NCBI RefSeq assembly: GCF_963921235.1
Contig: NC_086097.1
Span: forward strand, 19,222,001-19,286,000
Length of the DNA stretch: 64,000 bases
Direction of reading: 5' to 3'
Source of the DNA: Mobula hypostoma
Lineage: Eukaryota
The notes beneath the pieces are model-generated. The model did not search any database and had not been told where the DNA came from. It was given only the letters and a program-made list of their open reading frames with translations. A program made the translations under genes and the position numbers. Of this stretch, positions 25,091-37,634 are shown piece after piece. How positions within the stretch are numbered: the first letter of the stretch is position 1; the number at the start of each line of letters is the position of its first letter.

Positions 25091-26429
25091 CTAGTGAAAT
25101 GGAATTAATGGGAAAGTGGTTCAGGTCGTCCTTAAAAGAGCATGGGTCACAGCTTACGCATGTCTGAAATAAATTGTCACTTACTTTGAGAGTCATTGGT
25201 TCTCAACTCTACCTGAGACCAAGCAAGCTTCCTGAGAAAACCTTGTCTACAAGTGCAGTGAACAAAACATTTCTGCTCGATTTGTTGTTCAGAAAGCTGT
25301 TTCCATTTCACCCGATATTGATTTTTTTCATTGTCTAACAGCTTGAGGTCCGTAGCACTACACACAAGATCAATAAATATTGCCACAAACCCATCACAAA
25401 GCTTTTCCAGATGAACTGACACTCTATGAAACAATGTGTGCTGTGGATCAGACGTCAATCTTCTCCTCTGGGTCACGGACGACTTGCTTCAACTCTGGTT
25501 TTGTGGGTTCCGAGGTGGCTAATGAAGTGAATATTGTTCTCGTGCTCAGCTGGGGCACCCTTTAGCTGATGGCTTGGATGGTTGGTATTTGGTGAAGTGG
25601 GCCACTCCTTCTACCATTTATGAAAGACTTCTGTGTACCCCTGATGCACGGTCTGCAGGCTCCCAATACCATCCCGAATATTCCTTAACACAAGAGGTTC
25701 TGCATACGCTGGAAGACTTGAGCAACACACACAAAATGCTGCAGGAACTCAGCAGGTCAGGCAGCATCTCTGGAGGGGAATAAATAGTTGATGTTTCAGA
25801 TTGAGACCCTTCATCTGGACTGGAAAGGAAGGGGGCAGAAGCCAGAATACAAGAGATTCTGTAGATGCCAGAGGAATATCCCGTCCTGACTTTTGAACAG
25901 TTATGGGTCAGGAGTCCCAGAAGTCAGTGGGCATGTTGCAGTTCATATGGAGGCATTGGACACATCCTTGGACTTATTTCCTAGTACACCTGCTTTATCT
26001 CTTCCTGTGATAAAGCCCATTTCAGGAGTCTGGTGTCAGGCCGAATTACTTGATCTAGCCCAACAGAGCTAATTGAGTACAACTGAGACCTCAGTGCAGG
26101 ACCTTAGCCTGGGAGAGAATGAGCTTCTGGTGAGAACCTGGGGAGACCAGTCTGAAGGTGGTCCCCAAAGAGAGATCTATATCTTAGAGGAAGTCATCAC
26201 CAGGGTCCTCCTCACCACCTCCTCTCAGCAGCCAACGAGCTGCTCTCTGGATCGCAGACACATAAACACATGAAATTCTGTAGGTGCTGAAAGTCCAGAG
26301 TAACATGTACAAAATGCTGGAGGAACTTAGCAGATCGAACAACATCTATGGAGGGGAATAAACAGTCGATGTTTCATGCCAAGACCCCTCACCAGGACTG
26401 ATGGACTGAACTGCTGAGTCAGAAAAGGC

Positions 26430-29250
26430 AAAAGCTGGGGCACATGTTTCATGATAAACCCTCCGTGGTGGTTTTATCAAACCTGTATTCCCTCGACTTC
26501 GAACACCTACGGTCAAGTGTCATCGTTTCTATTTACCTAGGGAGTTCTCTTACATAATCCTGACCGCAATCACATACCTCCAGCGGCCGACTATAATCAA
26601 GCACTTGAAATACTGCATGATGCCCATCACAAAACATTTCAAATCATAGTCAGGGACTTCAACCAGGCAGGTTTGAAAAAACCCCTGCACAATTACCATC
26701 AGCATATAACCTGTAGCACCAGAGGTCCCAACACACTAAGATGGTATACTAAGATAATAAATGCTCACCATCCCATGCCCTGACTGCATCTCAGTAAAGT
26801 TGATCACATCGCTCTCCTTTCCTGCATCCAGGCAGAGGATGAAGAGCAAAGCTCCAGAGATTAGGACAACAAAGCGGTGGTTGTAGGAGGCAGGGGAGCA
26901 GCTGGTGGATTGCCTCGAGTTGGTGTACTGGGCCATGTGCAAGGACTCATCTGTGGATCTGAATTAATACACCATGGTTACCAGAACAGTTGTACATACA
27001 GTATGTCCCCATAGAATCATTCAGAGCCTCCCCCCGCCAGAACCATGAGATCAGCAATCTGCTGAGGGTCAGGTCAGAGGCATTCAAATCTGGTGACAAA
27101 GAATGTTACAAAAGGTCCCCGTATGATCTCTGGTAAGTCATCTCATGGACAAAGTAGTAATTCCGGACTAAACTTGTATCAATGAAGGATGCTCAACAGT
27201 TGTGATAGGGTTTGAATGCTATCACTTCTTATAAAGTACAACCAAGTGACATAGGCAACAACAGGGCTGCACTTTCAGATGAGCTCAATGCTTTCTATGC
27301 TCGCTTTGACCATCAAAGCATGAAGGAGCCATCATGAACTCCCACAGCCCCTGATGATCCTGTGATTTCAGTCTCTGAGGCCAATGTGCGAGCAGCCTTC
27401 AGGAGAGTGAACCCATGAAAAGCATCCGGCCCAGGTGGGGTAACTGACCAAGTACTGCAAACCTGTGCTGATCAACTGGCTGGAGTGTTCACTGAGATCT
27501 TTAACCTTTCGCTTCAACAGTCTGAGATACCCACTTGCTTCAAGCGGACTTCGCTTATACTAGTGCCTCAGAAGATCATGGTAAACTGCCTCAAGGAGTA
27601 GCATTCAGAAGCACTTACATCCATGGTGATGAAGTGCTGGTGGTGGTTGGTAATGCAATATATCAGCTCCTGCCTAAGAAGCAACCTGGATCCACTTCAG
27701 TTTGCCAACTGAAGCAATAGGTCCACAGCGGATGCCATCTCATTGGTTCTTTACTCAACCATGGAACATCTGGACATCAAAAATGCACAAATCAGAATGC
27801 TTCTTATCGACTACAGCTCAGCATTCAATGCCATCATCTCTTCAAAACTAATCCATAAGCCTCAATACCTCTTTGTGCAATTGGATCCTCAATCTTCTCA
27901 CTTGCAGACCCCAGTCAGTTCGGATTGAAATCAACATCTCCATGATCTCCACCAGCACCGGTTCACCACAAGGCTGTGTGCTTAGCCATCTGCTCTACTT
28001 ACTTCACACTTATGATACTGTGGCTAAGTGTGGCTCAAATGCCATTCATGTTTGGTGACAACACCACCATCATAATCCAAATCAAAGGCGGTGATGAATC
28101 AGCATACGGGAGGGAGAATGAAAATCTGGCTAAGTGGTGCCATAACAACAAACTCTCATTTAAAGTCAGCAAGAACAAGGAGCTGATTATTGACTTCAGG
28201 AGGAGTAAACCAGAGGTCCATGAGCCAGTCAGTCCTCATCAGAGGATCAGAGGTGAAGCGGGTCAGCAGCTTGAACTTCCTGAGTGTTATTATTTCAGAG
28301 GACCTGTTCTGGGCACGTGGCCAAGTGGTTAAGGCGTTCGTCTAGTCATCTGAAGGCTGCTAGTTCGAGCCTCAGCTGTGGCAGCGTGTTTGTGTCCTTG
28401 AGCAAGGCACTTAACCACACATTGCTCTAGTGTCTGTGTGAGGAGTGGCGCCCCACACAGACTTCCAATCTGCGCCTTGTAAGGCATGAAAATGCCCGAC
28501 GCAGGCCTCTCATGGTCTGAGTCAACATTTCCTCCCCCTGTTCTGGACAATTACAAAGAAATCACAGCAGCATCTCTACTTCTTTAGGAGCTTGCAAAGA
28601 TTCAAAGATTCAGCATGACATCTAAAACTTCGACAAACATCTGTAGATGTGTGGTGGAAAGTATATCGTCTGGCTGCCTGGTCTGGAAACACCAATGCCC
28701 TTGAACAGAAAATCTTACGACAAAATAGTGGATACGGCCGGGTAAACAGAGGTAAAGCCCTTCCTACCTTTGGGCACATCTACATGAAGCATTGTTGCAG
28801 GACAGCAGCATCCATCATCAGCGACCACCAACACCGAGGTCATAGACTCATCTCGCTGCTGCTATCGGGAAGAAGGCACGGCAGCCTCAAGCCCCACACT
28901 ACCAGAGTCAGGAACAGGTATTACCCCTCAAACATTAGGCTCTTTAAGTTGAGTTAAAGTCACTCAACTTTACTTATCCCATCATTGAAATGTTCCCACA
29001 ACTGGTGGACTCACTTTCTTCATCTCATAGTTCTTGATACTTATTATTATTATGTTTCTTTCATTTTGTATTTGTCCACATTGTTGTCTTTTACACACTG
29101 GTTGAAGACCCAGGTTGGTGCAGTCTTTCATTGAGTCTATTATTGTTATTATTCTATTATGGATTCATCGTGTATGCCCACAAGAAAATGAATCGCAAGG
29201 TTGTATGTGGTGTCAAATATGTACTTTGATAATAAATTTACTTGGAACTG
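26430..29250 (+). mobile_element. Decayed Rex1/Babar LINE (endonuclease C-terminus, RT, 3' end)
   Basis: [66 protein letters not shown]; tail at 29190-29250. Confidence 0.92.
28313..28536 (+). mobile_element. tRNA-derived SINE inserted in Rex1 with a 10-bp TSD
   Basis: A box TGGCCAAGTGG, B box GTTCGAGCC, CORE-like GTGTCCTTGAGCAAGGCACTTAACC; CCTGTTCTGG at 28303-28312 and 28537-28546. Confidence 0.92.
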
Positions 29251-29754
29251 TGAAAGGAAAGGGGAAGAAGCAGAATAAGAAGGTGGGAAGGAGGGAGGGA
29301 GGAATTCGGGCTGGCATATGGTAAGTGAAGCCAGCTGAGGGGGAGGGAACCTAAGCCGCTGTGTGGATTCAATCTACCTGAAGCCCAAGTAGGCGTGATC
29401 TTCACTGCACAGCTCCAAGAAGTGTGCAAGGAGCAGATTTCTTTAGTCCTTGAATCCATTGACCCAGAGGGATGCTGGGATACTCTCCTCATATTCGGCT
29501 GCCGATGGAAATTCATCTCCATCCCTCTGACCGGATTTGAAGTTCTCCCGTGGGGAGAGATGAAGACTTGTGATACATCTGTAGTTCTGAAAACTGAGCA
29601 AGGCTGACAGGGTGGGCACTGAGAGGCTGTTTCCCCCAACGGGGAAATCTACAGTTTAGGACTTCCAGTCAGGATAAGGAATCAGTCACTCAGATGAGGA
29701 GAAATTTCTTTACAAGGCGCAAAAGTAATTCGTTGGATACCTCTACCCAAGTGA

Positions 29755-29912
29755 GAAGTATCCAGTATCAGAGACAGGGACTGAATATCCATTACCATTG
29801 GGAATAAGTATGATCTATGGGGAATATTCAGCACTATCAGAGAAGGGTCTGATTCTTAGGGAATATCTGGTACCATCGGAGACGGGCACTAATCTGTGGA
29901 GAAATCCAGCAA
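29755..29912. repeat. Decayed minisatellite with about 40-bp units
   Basis: Recurrent gaatat(c/t)ca(g)..accat(c/t)gg..g.(c)tgatct.tgg units, about 4 copies. Confidence 0.6.
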
Positions 29913-30159
29913 CACGTACCAGCTCTAGACATTTCCTGCTCCATTGGTGGAGAGGCTGATCTAGGTAACACCTCCCTCCTCTAACTCCCCAAGCTCCTGA
30001 AGGAATAATTTCTGACTGAATTGTAATTAAGCAGTGGCTGGTCCCCAGTGACTGCCTACCCTGTCTGCATCTTGAGTTTTAAGATAATCACAGTATGGCG
30101 GAAATTAGACGAGGAATGAGATTTATCTAGCTGCCGGAGTGCCAGCTGTCTCAGAATTG

Positions 30160-30830
30160 GAATCCAAATCACATTCACAATCGGGTTTAATAGGACCAGC
30201 ATATGTTGCAAAATTTGTTGTTTTGTGGCAACACTACGTTGAAATACATAATTTTAAAAACTATAAATGACAATAAGAAAAATATATATATGAAAAATAA
30301 ATTAAGTAGTCGTGCAAAAGAGATGAAAAAATAGTGAGGTGGTGTTCATGGATTCATTGCCCGGGTCATGAGTGAGCCACCACAAGTAATCTACGCAAGC
30401 TTGATTTGAAGAGAAGTTTGGATAGGTACATGGATGGTAGGGATATGGAGGGCTATGGTCCTGGTGCAGAACAATGGGAGTAGTCAGTTGAATGGTTTTG
30501 GCATATAGATGGGCTGAAGGGCCTGTTTCTGTACTGTATTTCTCCATGACTCTATGACATACCAACTCTCATCAAACTCCTAATAAAATATAGCCACTGT
30601 CATGCCTTCATTGTAATTGCATCAATATGTTGGGCCCAGGACAGATCTTCAGAGATTTTAAAACCCAGGAACTTGAAAATGCTCACTCTTTCCACTGCTG
30701 ATCCCTCGATGAGAACCAGTGTGTGTTCCCTCGACTTCCCCTCCGTGAAGTCCACAATCAGTTCTTTGGTCTTACTGACATTGTGTGCAAGGTTGTTTTG
30801 GTGTCACCACTCAACCTATCTTGCTCTGAA
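30160..30830 (-). mobile_element. Rex1 fragments with a nested CR1 3' end (about 30410-30555, +)
   Basis: Rex1 tail plus the KTKELIVDF/FKFLG region; CR1 3' UTR gataggtacatggatggtagg..tgactctatga. Confidence 0.75.
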
Positions 30831-31631
30831 ATAGAACATTCTGATCACATTCTCCACAGTTCTTTATCTGTCTTAAGTACTTACCTTATACTTCAGTAAT
30901 CAATAGTAAGTAAAGCCTTTTCTAAATCTGCTAGAGGAACTCAGCGGATCAGGTAGCGTCAGTGGAGGGGAATAAACAATCAATATCCTTGGGCCAAGTT
31001 CCTTCATCTGGCCTGAGAGATGGGGGGAGATTGCTCAAGGGGATATAGGGACAGAGATAAAGGGGATCAGAAGTCCAGCCTTTTCACACGGAGGGTGGTG
31101 GGCATTTGCAACAGGCTGCTAGAGGAAGTGGTAGAGGTGGGTACAATTAAATGACATTTGGATTCATGGATATGAACAGTTAAAGAGGTCCAGGCCAAAT
31201 ATAGGCAAATGAAATGATCTTAGGTGAACAACTTGGATGGCATGGACTATATAGTTTAAAGGGGCAGTTTCCGTACTGAATCACTATGATCCTGTGACTC
31301 TATGACTATTTCTCAGGCATCAGTGACAGGAAAATTGTCCTGATGAAGGGTCACAGCCTGAAACAATGACTATTCCTCTCCATAGATGCTGCCTGACCAG
31401 CTGAGTTCTTCCAGCATTTTGTGTGTGTTACTCACCTCCACTTCTTGGTCTCCAGTGGGTAGCGGAGTATACTGCAGATATTTATGAATATTCAGACTTT
31501 CCTGAGATTAAGGTACCCGGGTTAAGTTCAGGAGAGTGGAGCCAGGGTAGAAGGTCAGCCCTGATGTTATGGAACAGCAGGGCAAAGGTGAGGGGCCGAA
31601 TGGTGCACTTTTCTTTCCAATGTGTTTCATT

Positions 31632-32280
31632 CTACGCTCTGTCTGTCAGAGAAAGCAGGATCTCCCAGTGGCCACACATTTTAATTCCAACATCCCATTC
31701 CTATTCTGATATGTCTATCCACGGCATCCTCTACAGTAAAGATGAAGCTACACTCAGGTTGGAGGAACAACACCTTATATTCCGCCTGGATAGCCTCCAA
31801 CCTGATGGCATGAACATCGACTTCTCTAACTTCTGCTAATGCCCCACCTCCCCCTCGTACCCCATCCGTTATTTATTTATATGCACACATTCTTTCTCTC
31901 TCTCTCCTTTTTCTCCCACTGTCCCTCTGACTATACCCCTTGCCCATCCTCTGGGTTTCCCCCCCTCCCCCTTTTCCTTCTCCCTGGGCCTTCTGTCCCA
32001 TGATCCTCTCATATCCTTTTTGCCAATCACCTGTCCAGCTCTTGGCTCTATCCCTCCCCCTCCTGTCTTCTCCTATCATTTTGGATCTACCCCTCCCCCT
32101 CCCACTTTCAAATCTCTTACTAACTCTTCCTTCAGTTAGTCCTGACGAAGGGTCTCGGCCCGAAACGTCGACAGTACCTCTTCCTAGAGATGCTGCCTGG
32201 CCCGCTGCATTCACCAGCAACTTTGATGTGTGCTGCTTGAATTTCCAGCATCTGCAGAATTCCTCGTGTTTGCGTGTTTC
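31632..32280 (+). mobile_element. Penelope-like element, 5'-truncated, same family as 7429-8493
   Basis: SHSYSDMSIHG..EATLRLEEQHLIFRLDSLQPDGMNIDFSNF followed by the terminal repeat. Confidence 0.92.
32139..32172 (+). ncRNA. Minimal type I hammerhead ribozyme
   Basis: GTC CTGACGA A GGGT-CTCG-GCCC GAAA CGTC GAC: core CUGANGA/GAAA/UH intact, predicted cleavage after C32169. Confidence 0.85.
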
Positions 32281-33179
32281 ATTCTGTTCTCTGATATCCT
32301 TGGCTACAAAAAGACACCTGATTCCCTGTCCTACCTGTACAAAGTTGAAGCCATATATGAGTCTCTGCCAGGGCTCTGGTGCATGCAGTGTACAACAGAT
32401 GCCAAGAATTTGGCCTCCCCATGGCTACACCTCCCTGCAGAACACACTACCCCACATTCTGCAGCACTTTCTGGCCTGTCACACCCACCAAAGCTTCAGA
32501 AAGCCCGACGTTTAAGTTTGGAATTGTTCTGAAGACTTATCTGCTGAAGGACTGCGTCCATTTCTTTCGTGAATGCCTCTGAGGACCACAGATGAGGAAT
32601 ACTGAGCCTCACCATGGCAGGTGCCAGTGAAAGAAAGGGGGAGCCCAGCAGGGTGAGACTACCCGATGAACAAGAGAAGAATGGTGTACATGTAGTGCCC
32701 TGAGACGTAAAACTATACAGCACTGATGTCTGTGCCAACCATGGTGCCAATTTAAACTACATGTCTATTGTAATCAGTTTTTTTCCTCCATTCTCTGCTC
32801 CCCCAACCCCACTCCATCTGACTCTCAGTTTCTCACTTAATTTGTCTATCTCTCATCCATCCTCTGGAGTCTCCCAACTCCATCTCTATTCCAATGCACC
32901 ACCTGTGCAACCAGTCGGTCATCTTACAACCTCCCCGTTAATTCACCAATCACCTTGGACTTCTGTCTCACCACCAATCCCCCTTCCCTCCCCTCTCTCA
33001 CTGTTGATGCAGGGTTTTGACCAAAAAATTCAATAATTCTTTTCCTCCTTCAGATGCTGCTCAGCCTACTGAGTTCTGGATATATACTAGAATGAGCAGG
33101 GCATAGAGGGATATGGATTGAATGCAGGCAAGTGGGATTAATATAGATCGGAATAAAGGTTTACACAGACACAGTGGAC

Positions 33180-33900
33180 AAACCAATCTCCTCTTTGCCT
33201 CCCTCAGTATCCTGGGTTTGGATTCGATTAGGCCCTGTTGACTATTCACCTTAATGTTTTTCAAAGCACCCAACACCTGCTCCTTCATAATATTGACATG
33301 CCCTAGAATATCAACATCACCTTCCCTGCTCTCCCTATAAGCAGTATTCTTTTCCATGGTGAATATCAATGAGAAGATCTCACTTAGGATTCGCCCTCAA
33401 CAATTTTTCCTCCCACTTTCTCCAGATTCGAGGGGTGGTCATGGGCACTCGCATGGGCCCCAGCTACGCTTGCTTTTTCGCTGGCTATGTAGAACAGTCC
33501 ATGTTCGAAGCCTTCCCCGGAAATGCTCCCCAATTCTTCCTTCACTACATTTCTGAATAAGCTAACATCATCTCTTAGAATATGGAATATTACAGCACAG
33601 TAAGGTCCTTCAGCCCATGATGTTGAGCTGACCTTTTAACTGTCCATTCCATATCATCTTGTAAACCTCTATCAAGTCACCTCTCATCCTCTGCTCCAAA
33701 GAGAAAAGCTGTAGCTCACTCAACAAATTCTCTTAAGTCATGCTCTCTAATCCAGGCAGTATCCTGGTAAATCTCATCCGCAGCTCCTCTAAAGCAACTA
33801 CATTCTTCCTACAGTGAGGGGACCAGAATTGAATATGATGTGCCAAGTCTGGTTTAACCGAGGTTTCACAGAGCTGCAACATTACTTCATGAAGCCACTG
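33180..33900. mobile_element. Cluster of CR1 (-) and PLE RT (+, about 33385-33550) fragments
   Basis: LALNNFSSHFLQIRGVVMGTRMGPSYACFFAGYVEQSMF (PLE RT); CR1 IQFWSPHCRKNVVALEELRMRFTRILPG. Confidence 0.8.
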
Positions 33901-34717
33901 AAGTTTCTCGAACTTTGCCATTCGTGTCTTTCATCCTCACAGGAACATGGTGGCCTCTGAAGAGCTGGTCTTTAAAGCATTCCCTGCATGTTCAATCTGG
34001 ATTTACACCCAGACAGAGACTCCAGTTCTTCATAAACAAAAGAAATTCTGCAGATGCTGGAAATTCAAAGCAACACACACAATGCTGGAGGAACTCAGCA
34101 GATCAGGCAGCATCTATAGAAGTGAATAAACAGTCAATGTTCAGTTATTTTCTATTACTGTTATAATTAGTGTTCTCTGCAGTTTAGCACTTTCATCCAA
34201 GGTCCTGTCTCATTCATACCTACGACAATCTTAAAGCTTACAAAATTATGATCAGTGTTATCAAAATGCTCCCCACTGAAACTTCCATCTCCTGGACAAA
34301 CTCTTTTCTCAATACAAGTCTAGTACAATCCCTTCCTTAGTTTGACTATCTACATATGGTTTCAGGACATCCTCCTAGGGACAGCTAACAAATTCTGTCC
34401 CAATTAGTGCCCCAATTGTCCCAGTCATTTATATTCCCATGAAAGTCCAGCCATGACATTGATCTAATAACTAATTCAAAAATAACCAGTATCACACCCT
34501 GCATTCACTCAGACCTGTTCCACTGAATCAGACTGGATTCACAATTCAAGTTTATTTTTCATGTGTACATTGAAACATACATAGACTATAAACTGAGGAC
34601 TTGAACTCACAGGACATAAGGTACACCATGGCTGATACCCACATAACAAATCGCCTTTGTGTCTCCTGTGGGCTGTCATATCTCTAAATACTTTCTGCAA
34701 TGGGACCATTCAATACA

Positions 34718-35120
34718 CACTTACTTATTGTCTGTTACACCACTAACATTTAGGGCAGCAATGAAGGTCCTACATCTCTGGCGGTGTTCAGGGCTTCCTT
34801 CATCATGTCTGTAGCTTCCTCTCGGTTTTCACTACTGTCAGTCATGCAAGTCCTGGATGGAGACTCAAGAATACTGTCACACCCAGATGTAGAAGGACTC
34901 TTAATTGCTGCTTCTGCAACAATTTTGTTAGACCTGAGCTGAATCCCCGAACCCGGAGGACCAGTGGACCTCTCTTAATCTGGTCTCTGCCCTTTGACCC
35001 GTTTGGCATGGGTGCCCTACCAAGAGCCAAAGCATAACTGACTCCAATCAACGTTGCTCTCCAGGTTATTGAGGCACGCAAGCCTCCAAACCCAACAACA
35101 AGCTTGCAGTCCTCTTGGAT
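34718..35120 (-). mobile_element. Short non-autonomous RTE-derived element (5' UTR joined to 3' end)
   Basis: Minus 5' part TTTGGAGGCTTGCGTGCCTCAAT..GGTAGGGCACCCATGCCAAACGGGTCAAAGGG resembles RTE 5' UTRs; ends in a TAAG-repeat tail. Confidence 0.55.
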
Positions 35121-35658
35121 GATCAATAAGAACAATCAGCAAGAACGGTGAGTCAGCACACAGAGAGCAGGTGCAGCGGCTAACGGACTGGTGCAGAGCC
35201 AACAACCTGCCTCTGAATGTGAGCAGAACAAAAGGGATGGTTGCTGACTTCAGGAGGACACGGAGCGACCACTCTCCGCTGAACATCGACAACTCCTCAG
35301 TAGAGATCGTTAAGAGCACCAAATTTCTTGGTGTTCACCTGGCAGAGAATCTCACCTGATCCCTCAACACCAGCTCCATAGCAAAGAAAGCCCAGCAGCA
35401 TCTCTACTTTCTGCGAAGGCTGAGAAAAGTCCATCTCCCACCCCCTATCCTCACCATATTCTACAGAGGTTGTACTGAAAGCATCCTGAGCAGCTGCATC
35501 ACTGCCTGGTCCCTGCAGCGGATAGTGAGGTCAGCTGAGAAGATCGTCGAGCTCTCTCTTCCCGCCATTACAGACATTTACGCCACACGCTGCATCCGCA
35601 AAGCAGACAGCATAATGAAGGACGCCACGCACCCCTCATACAAACTCTTCTCCATCCT

Positions 35659-35771
35659 AGCAACATACATCAAAGTTGCTGGTGAACGCAGCAGGCCAAG
35701 CAGCATCTATAGGAAGAGGCGCAGTCGACGTTTCAGGCCGAGACCCTTCGTCAGGACTAACTGAAGGAAGA
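35659..35771 (-). mobile_element. 113-bp PLE terminal fragment flanked by a 38-bp direct duplication
   Basis: GACGCCACGCACCCCTCATACAAACTCTTCTCCATCCT at 35621-35658 and 35772-35809; the insert matches about 7428-7540. Confidence 0.93.
35723..35758 (-). ncRNA. Minimal type I hammerhead ribozyme
   Basis: Minus strand reads AGTC CTGACGA A GGGT-CTCG-GCCT GAAA CGTC GACT: perfect 4-bp stem I and intact core. Confidence 0.85.
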
Positions 35772-36821
35772 GACGCCACGCACCCCTCATACAAACTCTT
35801 CTCCATCCTGCTATCTGGCAAAAGGCACCGAAGTATTCGGGCTCGCACAACCAGACTATGTAACAGTTTCTTCCCCCAAGTCATCAGACTCCTCAATACC
35901 CAGAGCCTGGACTGACACCAACCTACTGCCCTCTACTGTGCCTATTGTCTTGTTTATTATTTATTGTAATGCCTGCATTGTTTTGTGCACTTTATGCAGT
36001 CCTGGGTAGGTCTGTAGTCTAGTGTAGTTTTTGTGTTGTTTTACGTAGTTCAGCGTAGTTTTTGTATTGTTTCATGTAGCACCATGGTCCTGAAAAACAT
36101 TGTCTCATTTTTACTGTGTACCGTACCAGCAGTTATGGTCGAAATGACAATAAAAAGTGACTTGACTTGACTTGAATATGCACAGCTCCTTAAAAAAAAC
36201 CTTTGGACATATCAACAGCACCTGAGAGGAAATTAATACAATTGATTTAATCTCATTATAGGACTCTGACCACAAAACCTCAGTGAAATACAATCATTCC
36301 TCAATTCCAGCCTTCTAGATTGATGTAATTTTGTTTTGAAACTCATTTTGTGAAATTAGTTTCAAGAATGAAATTAGCCTGTCAGTGTATTGTGTACACA
36401 AGCCTTTGCACACAGCTCTTCTCTGCCACAGAAACAATAGGTCATAATCAGCGCTGCCAATCAAACATTAAAAACACTCATCAGTGAACATCCACTCCTT
36501 CCCACAAGCATCCTGCATGAAGCACTTTGTACACATTCCTGCACCATATTCTGCTGTTGGATAGTTCTGCATGGACTCTTTATTGATCTGCCTGTCAAAG
36601 ACCTCAAACGCAAAGTTATTACTCGATTATTCAAGGGAGGAGAAATGCCTGAGAGCAGCTAACGCAGATTTAACTGTAAAACCTCCTAAGGATCTTCTCA
36701 AATAAACTTGTCTCTGGCTGCCTAAATAGGCAATAGGCTGGCCATACTTTAACTGAAAGGCAGCACACACAAAAAAGTGCTGCAGTTCAGACAGCATCTT
36801 ATGACTTTAACCGAAGGAGGA

Positions 36822-37135
36822 GGCCTGGTAGCATTGTGGTTAGGGCTAATGCTTTACAGAGCCAACTATCACCAACGGGGGTTCAGTTTCCACCACTGCC
36901 TGTAAGGAGTTTGTACGTTCTCCCTGCGCTCGCTGGGTGCTCCAGCTTACTCCCACAGTCCTAAGCCGTGCAGTTAGGGTTAATGAATTGTGGGCATGTG
37001 TTGGCACAAGAAGCGTGGCAACACTTGCAGGCTGCCTCCAGCACGATCCTCAGATGTACAACAATGTATTTCCCTATACGTTTTGATGTTTCAAAGCACA
37101 TGTGACAAATAGAACTAATCTTTAATCTTAATCTC
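36822..37135 (+). mobile_element. V-SINE (tRNA head plus V domain)
   Basis: tRNA-like head, then GTAAGGAGTTTGTACGTTCTCCC..GGGTGCTCCAGCTTACTCCCACA; (TAATCT) tail. Confidence 0.8.
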
Positions 37136-37634
37136 TTTGTGAAGCGAGAGTGGCAGGATGGAAGAGATGCTTAGGAAGAGAATTGCAGAGTTTGGAAGCT
37201 TTTCCAAGGAAGGCACAGTTGCCAATGCTAGAGCAGATATGTTGGGCAGAATCGGGGACAGGGTATCTCACCAGTGGCGAAAATAAAATAGTGCAGATGC
37301 TGGAAATCTGAAATAAAACCAGAAACACTCAGCAGGTTAGGTATGTGTAGGGAGTAACAGGCAATGTTTTGGGTCAAAAGCCTTTCATCAGAAGCATGAG
37401 TTGTTTCTGTACCATGAGTACTGTCCAACCTGCTGAGGACTGTGAGCATTTAATTTGAGTGTTTAAAAAACACTCAAGAACAAAGAGAATATATCCAATA
37501 GGGTAAAACCAAATAATAATAAATCAAAGTCCAAAGTTCAAAGTAAATTTATATCAAGGTACATATATGTCACTGTATACAACCCTGAGATTCATTTTCA
37601 TGTGGGCATGCTTAATAAATTTATAGAATAATAG

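Larger units (their letters stand above)
35125..36175 (+). mobile_element. Rex1/Babar 3' part
   Basis: QRLTDWCRANNLPLNVSRTKGMVADFRR, KFLGVHL, HPSYKLFSILLSGKR; AATAAA then (GACTT)n tail. Confidence 0.92.

Noticed and set aside
29755..29912. CRISPR-like array
   Set aside because: Units are diverged with no unique spacers, there are no cas genes, and the context is eukaryotic.
31940..32515. Pro/Ser/Leu-rich ORFs (also 7375..7827 and 596..892)
   Set aside because: These are incidental frames through the pyrimidine-rich PLE terminal repeat.
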